A stretch of 32,000 nt of DNA from Candidatus Harpocratesius repetitus (GCA_021498095.1 JAIZWK010000001.1:2100001-2132000), one strand, 5' to 3'. Numbered from the stretch's first letter, positions 8,921 through 18,947 are shown. The notes: generated from the sequence alone by a model not told the origin. A program made the numbers and translations.

Positions 8921-11900
8921 TTAAGCCTTTGATTTCTTCGATTTTTTTGTTAAATTGCTCGATTTACTTTTTTTAATTGATTTTATACTTCTTTTTGATG
9001 ATTTTCGTTTATTATTCAATGCTTTTTTGTTTGTTTGATTTTTTTCATCAGTTGTATTTGGTAATGCTGTTCGATTTTTGTGATAACTTATGAAATTTCG
9101 CTTATGATCATTTGCTAACACTGGTTTAAGATATTTTCCTGTATAAGATTTTGGATAAGCTGCTATTTCTTCCGGAGTTCCTGATATAACAACTTCTCCT
9201 CCATTATCTCCACCTTCAGGTCCCATGTCGATAATATAATCAGCAGATTTGATAACATCCATATTATGTTCAATAATAATTACTGTATTTCCATGATCCA
9301 CCAGTTTTTGAATCACTTTCAACAATTGAAGTGTGTCATGAAAATGTAATCCTGTAGTAAATTCATCTATAAAATAAAGAGTATTTCCTGTACTACGTTT
9401 GCTTAATTCGCGGGAGAGTTTAACCCGTTGTGCTTCACCGCCTGATAATGTGGTGGATGATTGACCGAGCTTGATATAGCCTAAACCAACATCTATAACT
9501 GTTTGTAGAATATTCCGAATTTTAGGAAAGTTTTCAAAGAAATCAAACGCTTCTTCATGAGACATCTCTAAAATATCTGCAATACTTTTTCCTTTAAATC
9601 TAACTTCTAAAGTTTCTGCATTGTAGCGCGTACCTTTACAGACATCACATCGAATGTACACCGGCGGTAAGAATTGCATTTCAATAAGATTGAATCCCGA
9701 TCCTTTGCATTTTTCGCAACGACCTTGTTTAACATTAAAACTAAATCGTCCTCGATCATATCCTCTAAGTTTTGCTTCTTTTGTTGCGCCAAAAATATCA
9801 CGAATATAATCAAACACTTTTGTATAAGTTGCAGGAACAGATCGTGGAGTTCTTCCTATAGGTGTTTGGTCTATATGAATAATTTTATCAATAAGTTCTG
9901 CACCTTCAATTTTTTCGAATTCACCTGCAATTAGATGAGATTCAGGATTTTTCATTCTTTTCAAGCCTTTATATAGGGTTTCCATAACGAGTGATGATTT
10001 TCCAGCACCACTCACTCCAGTCACGACTGTAAGGACTCCTAATGGTATTTTTACGGTAATATTTTTTAAATTATTTGAACGTGCTTTATGTATAGTAATC
10101 CATTGGCTAATATTGTTTCTCCTGAGGCCAGGAGTTGGAATAAATTTTGTTCCTTGCAAATATTGAGCCGTTAATGAGGTGGGATGATTTAATATCTGTT
10201 CTAAAGTTCCTGCAACTACAATTTCACCGCCATGGATTCCAGCTCCTGGGCCTAAATCTACAATAAAATCAGATGAGCGAATTATATCTTCATCATGCTC
10301 AACAACCAGAATAGAATTACCTTTATCACGTAGAGCTTTTAACATATTGATTAGTTTAAATTTGTCTCTGGGATGAAGACCAATTGAAGGCTCATCCAAT
10401 ACATACAGTACACCTACTAAATTTGATCCAATTTGAGTGGCTAAACGAACCCTCTCTGATTCTCCTCCTGATAGTGTACTGCTACTCCTATTCATTGTGA
10501 TATAATGCAATCCCACATTAAGTAAAAAGGTATATCTACTAATTAATTCTTTAAACACATCACGGACAATTTCCATCTCGCGTTTAGATGTATTTTTTTT
10601 AACTTGCTGAAGAAATTGAAGTGCACTATCTACCGTTAAGGCGGAAACTTCTGCAATATTTTTTCCCATGATGGTTACAGCTAAAGCTTCTGGTCTTAAA
10701 CGTTGTCCATGACATACCCGACAGATCCTTTCGTCCATCCATTTTTCATAAAATTCACGGCTGGATTCAGAATTAGTTTGATGATATCTCCGTTCTAATG
10801 TATTCAAAATTCCCTCAAAAGGACGACTAACTGCGTACGAAAATTCACGATCGTTTCCATTTTCATCAATCTTACTTGTTTCGATCCGAAAATCAATAAA
10901 CTGAGTTCCTGAACCATATAGCAAAACATTCCATACATGTTCAGGAAGTTGGTTGATAGGAAGATTCAGATCAGAATCGAAAAATTCGGCAACATTTTCA
11001 ATCATTCGCCATGTATAAGAATCTCGTTTTCCAAAACCTCCAATTCTTCGTAAATTACTTTCATAAATTGATTTCGATTTATCTGGAAATAATCTTTCTT
11101 CAGTGAATACTTTAGATATTCCTAAACCATTACAAGCCGGACAAAGTCCAAGAGGTGTGTTAAAAGAGAAGAGTTGGGGACGTAGTTCAGGGATAGATAA
11201 TTGATCATTAGGACAAAACAAGTGTTCAGAATAAATTTTTTCTTCACCATTAACAATAGAGATTTTAACTAAACCCTCTGTTAGTCGGGAAGCTTGTTCA
11301 ACTGCATCTGCCAATCTTTTATGAAAATCGTCTGTATTTTTCAAAATAAGTCGATCAATAACCACATCAATATCATGAAATTTATTTTTATCTAAGATTA
11401 TTTCTTCATCTAATTCATATTCTAAATCGTCCACAATTACTCTTACAAATCCTTCTTTTTTCAATTGTTTAAAAACTGCTGAATACTCTCCTTTTCTTCG
11501 TTGAACAATCGGAGCTAATACTCTAAATTTGGTTTTTGGTTCCAGATTTTTCATAATATTCTCTGTAATTTCTTGAGTGGTAAGCGGTGTTATTTCATTA
11601 CCGCATTTAGGACAATGAGGAATTCCTATATTGGCATATAATAATCGTAAATAATCATAGATTTCAGTAACAGTTCCTACAGTACTACGGGGATTTTTAC
11701 TAACTGCCCTTTGCTCAATTGCAATTGATGGACTTAATCCTTCAATATAATCAAGATCTGGTTTATCCATAACACCCAAAAATTGTCGAGCATAAGTATT
11801 AAGAGACTCTAAATAACGGCGCTGACCTTCTGCATAAATGGTATCAATTGCCAGCGAAGATTTACCTGATCCACTTAAACCGGTAAATACAACCAACTTA

Positions 11901-11977
11901 TTTCTGGGAATGGTAATATCAATATTTTTAAGATTATTCTGACGGGCTCCTTTTAAAATAATAAATTCTTGGTTCAT
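8921..11977 (-). CDS. uvrA: Excinuclease ABC subunit A
   Basis: GARQNNLKNI, GLSGSGKSS and GVSGAGKSS Walker A motifs, two LSGGE signatures, Zn fingers, LYVLDEPSIGLHP. Confidence 0.98.
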   Translation of the reverse strand: MNQEFIILKGARQNNLKNIDITIPRNKLVVFTGLSGSGKSSLAIDTIYAEGQRRYLESLNTYARQFLGVMDKPDLDYIEGLSPSIAIEQRAVSKNPRSTVGTVTEIYDYLRLLYANIGIPHCPKCGNEITPLTTQEITENIMKNLEPKTKFRVLAPIVQRRKGEYSAVFKQLKKEGFVRVIVDDLEYELDEEIILDKNKFHDIDVVIDRLILKNTDDFHKRLADAVEQASRLTEGLVKISIVNGEEKIYSEHLFCPNDQLSIPELRPQLFSFNTPLGLCPACNGLGISKVFTEERLFPDKSKSIYESNLRRIGGFGKRDSYTWRMIENVAEFFDSDLNLPINQLPEHVWNVLLYGSGTQFIDFRIETSKIDENGNDREFSYAVSRPFEGILNTLERRYHQTNSESSREFYEKWMDERICRVCHGQRLRPEALAVTIMGKNIAEVSALTVDSALQFLQQVKKNTSKREMEIVRDVFKELISRYTFLLNVGLHYITMNRSSSTLSGGESERVRLATQIGSNLVGVLYVLDEPSIGLHPRDKFKLINMLKALRDKGNSILVVEHDEDIIRSSDFIVDLGPGAGIHGGEIVVAGTLEQILNHPTSLTAQYLQGTKFIPTPGLRRNNISQWITIHKARSNNLKNITVKIPLGVLTVVTGVSGAGKSSLVMETLYKGLKRMKNPESHLIAGEFEKIEGAELIDKIIHIDQTPIGRTPRSVPATYTKVFDYIRDIFGATKEAKLRGYDRGRFSFNVKQGRCEKCKGSGFNLIEMQFLPPVYIRCDVCKGTRYNAETLEVRFKGKSIADILEMSHEEAFDFFENFPKIRNILQTVIDVGLGYIKLGQSSTTLSGGEAQRVKLSRELSKRSTGNTLYFIDEFTTGLHFHDTLQLLKVIQKLVDHGNTVIIIEHNMDVIKSADYIIDMGPEGGDNGGEVVISGTPEEIAAYPKSYTGKYLKPVLANDHKRNFISYHKNRTALPNTTDEKNQTNKKALNNKRKSSKRSIKSIKKSKSSNLTKKSKKSKA

Positions 11978-12070
11978 TTTAAGTTCTATCCTGTTTCTGA
12001 ATGAAATACTGTATAAGATTGAGAAATTTTATCTTTTGAATTTGTTTTTTTTGTTAAATTAAGATTTTTT

Positions 12071-14290
12071 TTAATTAGTTTTCTTTTTTTTTGATTTCTG
12101 AGATCGTTTCATTTGATGTAATACTTTTTTCTTGACTTCACGTTTAGCAATATGTTCTACAGTTCCCAGTAGTTGAAATCCAGGAAAAGATTCGCTCTCT
12201 TCTTCTTCACTATAATCTTCATCCCCTGAATAATTTTGAATAAGATTGGGAGATATTTGTTCTAATTTCTGCGCTATTCTTCTATTTATTTCTGAGGTTT
12301 GAATTTTATTGGTTTTTATTTCTCGAATAATATCACGTAAAATAGCTGCTAATTCAAACTCGAGATCTTTTGCAGCTTTGAGCATCGATCTTTCAAGTTC
12401 TTGTAAAATAATTTCTTCAGATGCATTTTCTTCTAAAGTTTTGTGTAGTATTTCAGAAAATAATTTCTTCGATTGTTTTTGTTTTCCATCTTCATGAGTA
12501 TCTGCAAGAGCGTCTTGAACGCGTTTTTGAATAGTTTGAGGTGTTATTCCATGTTTTTTATTATAAGCAATTTGTTTTTTGCGACGTCGATTGGTTTCTT
12601 GAATTGCGTTTTCAATAGATTTTGTCCGTTTATTGGCATAAATAATTGCTCTCCCTTCTGCGTTTCTAGATGCTCGACCGATTGTTTGTATTAAAGAACG
12701 AGTGTCTCGTAAAAATCCTTCTTTATCTCCATCCAAAATTGCTACTAATCCGACTTCTGGTAAATCTAATCCTTCACGTAAAAGATTTATTCCTACAACT
12801 ACATCAAAAACTCCTGATCTAAGTTTCCTAATTAATTCCATCCGTTCAACAGTATCAATATCAGAATGAAGATATTCAATTTTAATTCCAACATCTTGAT
12901 AATAATCTGCAATATTCTCTGCCATTCTTTTCGTCAAGGTTGTTATCAAAACTCGATGATTTTTTTTTATTTCTAAGCGAATTTCTGCTAGAAGATCATC
13001 TATTTGATTATCAACAGGTCTAATTTCAACTAATGGGTCAACTAATCCTGTTGGACGAATAACTTGGTCAACCCAAACATTTCCACTCTTTTCTAATTCA
13101 TATGGTCCAGGTGTTGCACTAGTACATATTACATAACTTAGTTTTTTTTCCCATTCTTCAAACTTTAATGGGCGATTATCCAATGCACTTGGAAGACGAA
13201 ACCCATAATCAACTAAAGCTTGTTTTCTTGCTTGATCACCTTTGATCATTCCTCTAATTTGGGGGATTGCAATATGAGATTCATCTATTATGAGAAGAAA
13301 ATCTTCTGGAAAATAATCATATAAACAAGCTGGCTGTTCTCCTGGTTTTCGCCTATCCAAAAATCTGGAATAATTTTCAATTCCTTTGCAATATCCGACT
13401 TCTCTAAGCATTTCAATATCATAACGGGTCCGCTCTTCAATTCTCTGAGCTTCTGCCCATTTATTTTGCTTTTTAAAATAGGCAATACGTTCTTCTAATT
13501 CTTCCTCAATTTCTTTTGTCATTTGGTCCATTATTTCTTCGGCAGTAACATATTCACGTGTGGGAAAAATCTTTAAATTTGAGACTTCATGCAATTTTTT
13601 ATTTGTAATTGGATCCATTTCCGTAATTGATTCAATTTCATCCCCAAAAAAGCTCACTCTGTAAAAATTATCCAAGTATCCTGGAAAAATATCTACAGTA
13701 TCGCCTCGTATGCGAATTTTTCCTTGCGTAAAATCAATATCATTTCGTTCAAAATGAATTGAAATTAATTTAAGCATCAAATTATTGCGGGTTATTTGCA
13801 TTCCCTTTTCAATAACAAATGATTTCCTTGCCCATTCATTAGGATTCCCGATTCCATATATACTCGAGACTGAAGCGATTACAATTACATCTTGACGAGT
13901 TAAAAGTGCATGAGTAGAAGCTAACCTATATTTCATTATTTCTTCATTTACACTGCTATCTTTTTCTATGTATTTTCCTGATGAAGGTAAATATGCTTCA
14001 GGTTGGTAATAATCAAAATAAGAAATATAATAATTTACTGAGTTTTCAGGAAAGAATTCTTTAAATTCTTGGTAAAGTTGAGCAGCAAGTAATTTATTTG
14101 GAGCAGTAACCAATGTGGGTAAATTAAGATGCGAAATAACCTGTGCCATAGTATATGTTTTACCAGTTCCTGTCGCACCTAATAGTGTTTGAAATCGTTT
14201 TCCTTTTCGGATTCCATCAAGCAATTCCTTTATTGCTTGAGGTTGATCACCTTTGGGAGTATAATCCGACACTAATTTAAATTTAACCAT
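12071..14290 (-). CDS. uvrB: Excinuclease ABC subunit B
   Basis: PKGDQPQAI, GATGTGKT, YFDYYQPEAY beta-hairpin, DESH, GINLLREGLDLPEV, QTIGRASRN, C-terminal UVR coil (LEFELAAILRD). Confidence 0.98.
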   Translation of the reverse strand: MVKFKLVSDYTPKGDQPQAIKELLDGIRKGKRFQTLLGATGTGKTYTMAQVISHLNLPTLVTAPNKLLAAQLYQEFKEFFPENSVNYYISYFDYYQPEAYLPSSGKYIEKDSSVNEEIMKYRLASTHALLTRQDVIVIASVSSIYGIGNPNEWARKSFVIEKGMQITRNNLMLKLISIHFERNDIDFTQGKIRIRGDTVDIFPGYLDNFYRVSFFGDEIESITEMDPITNKKLHEVSNLKIFPTREYVTAEEIMDQMTKEIEEELEERIAYFKKQNKWAEAQRIEERTRYDIEMLREVGYCKGIENYSRFLDRRKPGEQPACLYDYFPEDFLLIIDESHIAIPQIRGMIKGDQARKQALVDYGFRLPSALDNRPLKFEEWEKKLSYVICTSATPGPYELEKSGNVWVDQVIRPTGLVDPLVEIRPVDNQIDDLLAEIRLEIKKNHRVLITTLTKRMAENIADYYQDVGIKIEYLHSDIDTVERMELIRKLRSGVFDVVVGINLLREGLDLPEVGLVAILDGDKEGFLRDTRSLIQTIGRASRNAEGRAIIYANKRTKSIENAIQETNRRRKKQIAYNKKHGITPQTIQKRVQDALADTHEDGKQKQSKKLFSEILHKTLEENASEEIILQELERSMLKAAKDLEFELAAILRDIIREIKTNKIQTSEINRRIAQKLEQISPNLIQNYSGDEDYSEEEESESFPGFQLLGTVEHIAKREVKKKVLHQMKRSQKSKKKKTN

Positions 14291-14756
14291 GATATATTAT
14301 TCTTCCATAAATATTATTATTGTAAGAAATTGATTAATTACTCTGTGAATCGAAGAGAATATTCTAATTTACTTCAAATTTAATAATTTTTTTTAGGATT
14401 TGAAAATTTGGGTTAAAATTTATTATTAAATCTTTATACGACTAATTTCTATTTAAGAATATTCTGCTTCAATAAAGTATAAGAAAAGGAATTTGATTTC
14501 TATTAAAAGGATTAGGAGTTCGAATGTTTAGTGATTTATTAACTAATTATTAATAATTTTTATTCCAGCATCTCTTAAAATTTTAAATTTTACCCGTTTG
14601 AGCCATCTTACAAGAAGAAAAAAGTTTTTAAGCCGCTATATGTGCAAAAGATTTTAGGGGATTCTGTATTTTATAACTTAAACAGAGAAATCTGCAATTT
14701 TTCTTGAGGGAGTTAAAAAAACAATATTTTATCAATTTTTAGGTTAGAAAATTACA

Positions 14757-14999
14757 ATGTTAAATGTAAAAAACCAAAACCAAAATATGAGATCTTTAAT
14801 AGGAATGGTTATTCCATGTGGGAATTGCAGTTATGCAAAATCAATGCAAATAACCAATTATAAGAAAGTTATTGTTGATTGTTGGCTTTCAAAAGAAGTT
14901 ATCTTTGATATTTCTGAAGAATATTTAGAATCTCATATAATTAAGTGTCCCTGCAATGATTTAAGAGAATTAGTTCCAAATTTTGAAATCTGTGAATAA
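14757..14999 (+). CDS. Small Cys-rich hypothetical protein (possible metal binding)
   Basis: 80 aa with CGNC, C, CPC and C (6 Cys) in an otherwise AT-rich intergenic stretch. Confidence 0.55.
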   Translation: MLNVKNQNQNMRSLIGMVIPCGNCSYAKSMQITNYKKVIVDCWLSKEVIFDISEEYLESHIIKCPCNDLRELVPNFEICE

Positions 15000-15226
15000 A
15001 TCTTGCTTTTTTTCTTTTCATTTGTGTCTATCGCAAGATTCAATATTCGAATAAATATTTTGAAGATAACTTGATTTTCTATAAATTCTCATTCTTTCTT
15101 TAATACTATGCTTTTTCTGTAATCACTCTTATATTCTGAAGACAATTTGAATTAATTTATTTTTATAAAATATCCTCCGGAGGATAAAAATAACAAATTT
15201 TTCGATTTAGAATATTTGTCTATTAA

Positions 15227-15406
15227 ATGCAAATTAGTGTTGATAAGTTCCAAGAAAATATTATACAATCAAAAAAAATTTATAATTCACTATTAAACCG
15301 AATAATATCCAGATATGATCCAGATCATTCAGATCATCCAATAATTCATAAATTAGACCAAAATGAAGAATTCTCAAATTTACAAAGATCTTTAAAATTT
15401 TTCTAA
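15227..15406 (+). CDS. Possible 59-aa small protein, not in the ORF track
   Basis: My translation: MQISVDKFQENIIQSKKFYNSLLNRIISRYDPDHSDHPIIHKLDQNEEFSNLQRSLKFF*; ends 38 nt before the GTPase gene on the same strand. Confidence 0.35.
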   Translation: MQISVDKFQENIIQSKKIYNSLLNRIISRYDPDHSDHPIIHKLDQNEEFSNLQRSLKFF

Positions 15407-15444
15407 AGCGATACTATTTTGGAGACATTTCTTTATATTAATAT

Positions 15445-16788
15445 ATGCCATTGGGGATAGTCCTTATTACAGTTAATTGTGATCAAAACTTAAAAAAATG
15501 GAAAAGTGAAATAATTAATTCTTATCCTGCAGATTTTATGCCATCTCGTGCATTGGTTCACAAAATTATCGATATTATCCATAATTCTACTGATAGATTT
15601 AACTGTGAATCTGAAGAAACTTTAGAATTAAAATACCGAGATAAAATAATTCTTGTTCAAAAAATAATTGTGCGCCCAAATGAAAAAGAAGAACTATTTG
15701 TGGTAATTTTACAACCAAAAGAGGCATTAAACGTTCAAAAATATTATAATATTCTCGTTTCTATCTTTCCTCATAGTGATTCTCAACCAATTTCTGAATA
15801 TCCTAATCAATTTACTGAATATGCCAAACAATTCTTCCCCAAATCATACCGTCGGAAAGTATTATTTATCGGTCTTCGCTCTGCTGGAAAAACATGCATT
15901 AAAAAGAGTTTTTTTGATGGAGTTGCTCCTTCAAAACTATTAGGAGAATATTCCCCTGAACCAACTGTTGGACTCGCTCACTTTGTTTATTCTTGGTTAG
16001 ATGCAGAAATCGGAATTATTGATTCATCCGGACAAGAATTTGATCGATATGTTTCTCCTGCAAATGATTTCGAACGAAAAATTGCATTTGAAGAAGCAGA
16101 TGTAATTCTTTACATTTTTGATATCACTCATTGGCAAGAAGATAAAAATAAAGTATTAAAAAATTTGGAAAAAGTAATTTCAACAAAAAAAATATTTGCT
16201 GGAAAAGGAAAAATTTATGCATTTTGTCATAAAATCGATCTGTTAAAGGGTTCTAATGAAGATAAATCTAAATACTTCCTTCAAATCAAGCAGCAAATTG
16301 AGCAGAAATATCACATTAAAACCATTTTTACATCAATTCAGCCTGATTTGATTCATACATTATTCCGTTCCATGCAGATTATTTTAAATGAACTTTCTAT
16401 TATCGGAGGAACGCTGGAAGCTTTTTGCGATGATATTCTAAAAGATCAAGAAACTAGTGCTGTATTGCTTTTTAACGAATCAAATGCAGTTATTAGTCAA
16501 AAAAGTACTCCTGATTTAGAAGTATATAATTTTACTAATATTAGTGCTTTGGTTAAAAATCAAAGAAAATTACTATCAAATTCTCCAGAATTGGGGGATT
16601 TGGATTATTCAATTATATATACTCTTTCAGGGTTCGCCTTAGTAATAAAATCTATCCGATTGATTAAATATGGTGTATCAACTCTTGCGTTCCTAAGTAG
16701 AAACATCAATAAAGAGTCTCTTTCTCAGATTATAACCAAATTAGACCAGCGTTTATCCTTTGAAATTCAAAAAGAGAAATATTTATGA
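15445..16788 (+). CDS. Rag/Gtr-type small GTPase with an N-terminal longin-like domain and a C-terminal roadblock-like domain
   Basis: G1 GLRSAGKT, switch I PTVG, G3 DSSGQ, and Rag-type G4 HKID and G5 TSI. By eye, the C-terminal segment follows the roadblock pattern and the N-terminal ~135 aa follow the longin pattern. Confidence 0.85.
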   Translation: MPLGIVLITVNCDQNLKKWKSEIINSYPADFMPSRALVHKIIDIIHNSTDRFNCESEETLELKYRDKIILVQKIIVRPNEKEELFVVILQPKEALNVQKYYNILVSIFPHSDSQPISEYPNQFTEYAKQFFPKSYRRKVLFIGLRSAGKTCIKKSFFDGVAPSKLLGEYSPEPTVGLAHFVYSWLDAEIGIIDSSGQEFDRYVSPANDFERKIAFEEADVILYIFDITHWQEDKNKVLKNLEKVISTKKIFAGKGKIYAFCHKIDLLKGSNEDKSKYFLQIKQQIEQKYHIKTIFTSIQPDLIHTLFRSMQIILNELSIIGGTLEAFCDDILKDQETSAVLLFNESNAVISQKSTPDLEVYNFTNISALVKNQRKLLSNSPELGDLDYSIIYTLSGFALVIKSIRLIKYGVSTLAFLSRNINKESLSQIITKLDQRLSFEIQKEKYL

Positions 16789-16957
16789 TTTTTTTAAAAA
16801 AAAACAGGATCTTTCATATCAATCTTCCTTATCTGTTTTAATGATAATATGTCGATGATCAAGGTAGGGTGAACGATTACTGTGAAACCTCATAAAAAAA
16901 AATATCACTTATTCATGAACACTTTTTTATGATTGAGTGATTACCTATAAAGAATGT

Positions 16958-18148
16958 TCATTTTTTGAATAATGCAAAATCCTTTTCTATTTGATCACCA
17001 AAAACATATGCTTTCAATCTCTGAAAATTATGTATCTTTGAGAGAACTTCTCTAACTTTTTTGTAACCTGGAATTCCTTTAATCCACCAGATGGAAAGTC
17101 TTCTAATTTCTGCAAGTTTAAATCTATCATTATTCCAAAATTTTGATAACTCCTCTATATAAGCCTCAATTTTTGTTAAATATTCTCTAATCTGTGTTAA
17201 GGAATGATAAGTGTTTTGAGATTCAATTACGATTTCATCAGCATCTTTATCCTTATTCTTATCTTCGATTCTATCAATACTAATATCCATCAATGAAGAA
17301 GTTGAAGTGTTGTTTGCATTCAATCTGGATATAATTTTTGAAAATATAGCTGGATCAAACATAGCGGCCCTACCTATCATAACTGCATCGCATCCAGTTT
17401 CACTTTTTATTGCAAGATAGGAAGAATAATCAATTACATCCCCATTTGCAATCAAAGGAATTTCAAGTTGTTCTTTTACCTTCTTTATCATAGTGTAATT
17501 TGCCGCTCCTCTATATTTTTGTTCAATTGTGCGGCCATGTAAAATTAAGAATTCTAAACCTGCATTATTGATAATTGGTAATAAATCGAAAATATCAGTT
17601 TCTCTATGAAATCCCAATCGAGTTTTTAATGAAACAGGGAATGGAGAATATTTTAATGTGGTTTGAATTACATTTTCTAAACGTGAAAAATTATGAGTTA
17701 GATGATATTCCTTAAGAAATCCTCCTCCACCACCTGAACGCATAGTATGGGGTGCAGGGCAACCGGCATTAATATCAATTAAATCAAATTTATAGGAACT
17801 TAAATAATCTAAAGTGTAGCGAATATGTTCTGAATTTTTTCCATTACTTACTAACTGTACTGCTGCTGGGCGTTGTCGTTCAATCAATTCTAAATGGGGA
17901 ACAATCGTTTTTGGTGCAGCTACGAACTGTTGGACAAAAAGCATTGGAGTTACAACCAAGCCAACTCCACCTAAATCATAGATTAATTGGCGAAAAGAAG
18001 GAGTAGTAACATCCATCAAAGGTGCTAATGCCAAGTCTGTAGTTATATCTAACGATCCAAGTCGCATTCTAAGCAAGTTAATTAGTTTTGCATTGTACAA
18101 AAAATTATTTGCTTTTTCTCTCATCACTTGTTGATTACTATTTTCCAA
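16958..18148 (-). CDS. dus: tRNA-dihydrouridine synthase (Dus family); start probably ATG 18067
   Basis: LALAPL, IDINAGCP (catalytic Cys), PVSLKTRLG, LHGRT..QKYRG, IPLIANGDV, AVMIGRAA. MRLGSLDITTDLALAP at 18067 resembles the usual Dus N-terminus. Confidence 0.9.
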   Translation of the reverse strand: MENSNQQVMREKANNFLYNAKLINLLRMRLGSLDITTDLALAPLMDVTTPSFRQLIYDLGGVGLVVTPMLFVQQFVAAPKTIVPHLELIERQRPAAVQLVSNGKNSEHIRYTLDYLSSYKFDLIDINAGCPAPHTMRSGGGGGFLKEYHLTHNFSRLENVIQTTLKYSPFPVSLKTRLGFHRETDIFDLLPIINNAGLEFLILHGRTIEQKYRGAANYTMIKKVKEQLEIPLIANGDVIDYSSYLAIKSETGCDAVMIGRAAMFDPAIFSKIISRLNANNTSTSSLMDISIDRIEDKNKDKDADEIVIESQNTYHSLTQIREYLTKIEAYIEELSKFWNNDRFKLAEIRRLSIWWIKGIPGYKKVREVLSKIHNFQRLKAYVFGDQIEKDFALFKK

Positions 18149-18320
18149 GCATCTTCTACTATAGAATAATCAATATGGCAAAGATGGATCATTTATGCTT
18201 AATATTAATGATTTTCTTGGAATTTCTGTTTCAATCATTGACTTCCTAAAGGTGTATGAAAAAAGCGATTACTATTATTATTATTTTTTCGGAGTTCACT
18301 TACTTGGTTGATAAAGAAAT

Positions 18321-18379
18321 TTTATTTGATAGTGGTCTTTCATATTCTTCCAATTTATATGATAGTGGTCTTCCATATT
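18321..18379 (+). repeat. 26-bp direct repeat x2, period 33 bp
   Basis: tttatttgatagtggtctttcatatt (18321-18346) and tttatatgatagtggtcttccatatt (18354-18379), 2 mismatches. Confidence 0.8.
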
Positions 18380-18694
18380 ATATCCATTTTTATGAAAATA
18401 TTTTCTTATTCCCTGATGAATTGCAGATCGGATTACCGATAATTTGATTACATATTTTTGGTGAAAATGAAAACTCCAGAATCAAGATATAAGAGAGAGA
18501 AAGATAAAGATCTATTCCCAGAAACGTCACATATAGAGATTTTAAACCTTAATGCCTATATCAAGTAATATTTATTGGATTCGGGTTGTATCCTTCTGAA
18601 TCATAAACAAAACAAACTAAAATTGATTTATATCTAATAACATCAATAATATCTTCAAAATCTTCCTATATTTAATATAAAAAAAATATTTAAA

Positions 18695-18720
18695 TATGTA
18701 TTACATACAATCATATATGA
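18695..18720. promoter_or_regulatory. Candidate toxin-antitoxin operator: two adjacent inverted repeats
   Basis: TATGTA-T-TACATA (18695-18707) and the perfect palindrome TCATATATGA (18711-18720), which overlaps the likely antitoxin ATG. Confidence 0.4.
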
Positions 18721-18947
18721 GAACAAATATTGTATTAGATCCTTCACAACAAGAAATTTGGTGGGAAATTAAACGAACAGCTAAAAATCTTAAAATGACT
18801 ATTGGAGAATATTTCATTTTCTGTCATCAATTTCGGAAAAATCAAAAAGAAGAAGAAGAACTAGAAAAGTTGCTTGAAAATCCTTTAATGGGAGGAAAGA
18901 AGGACTTGGATCTTATTGGAGCATCAAAGAGTATGTGGAAAACATGA
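18717..18947 (+). CDS. Probable VapB-like antitoxin
   Basis: MRTNIVLD N-terminus (start 18717 preferred to 18696); small size; ATGA overlap with the downstream PIN gene. Confidence 0.6.
   Translation: MRTNIVLDPSQQEIWWEIKRTAKNLKMTIGEYFIFCHQFRKNQKEEEELEKLLENPLMGGKKDLDLIGASKSMWKT

Noticed and set aside
9607-13485. Short ORFs nested in uvrA and uvrB
   Set aside because: They overlap highly conserved genes and show no motifs.
16840-16905. Possible C/D box sRNA between the GTPase and dus
   Set aside because: Only degenerate box matches; no clear C, D', C', D arrangement.
18256-18447. 63-aa ORF as a real gene
   Set aside because: No recognisable motif or SD; kept only as the site of a direct repeat.
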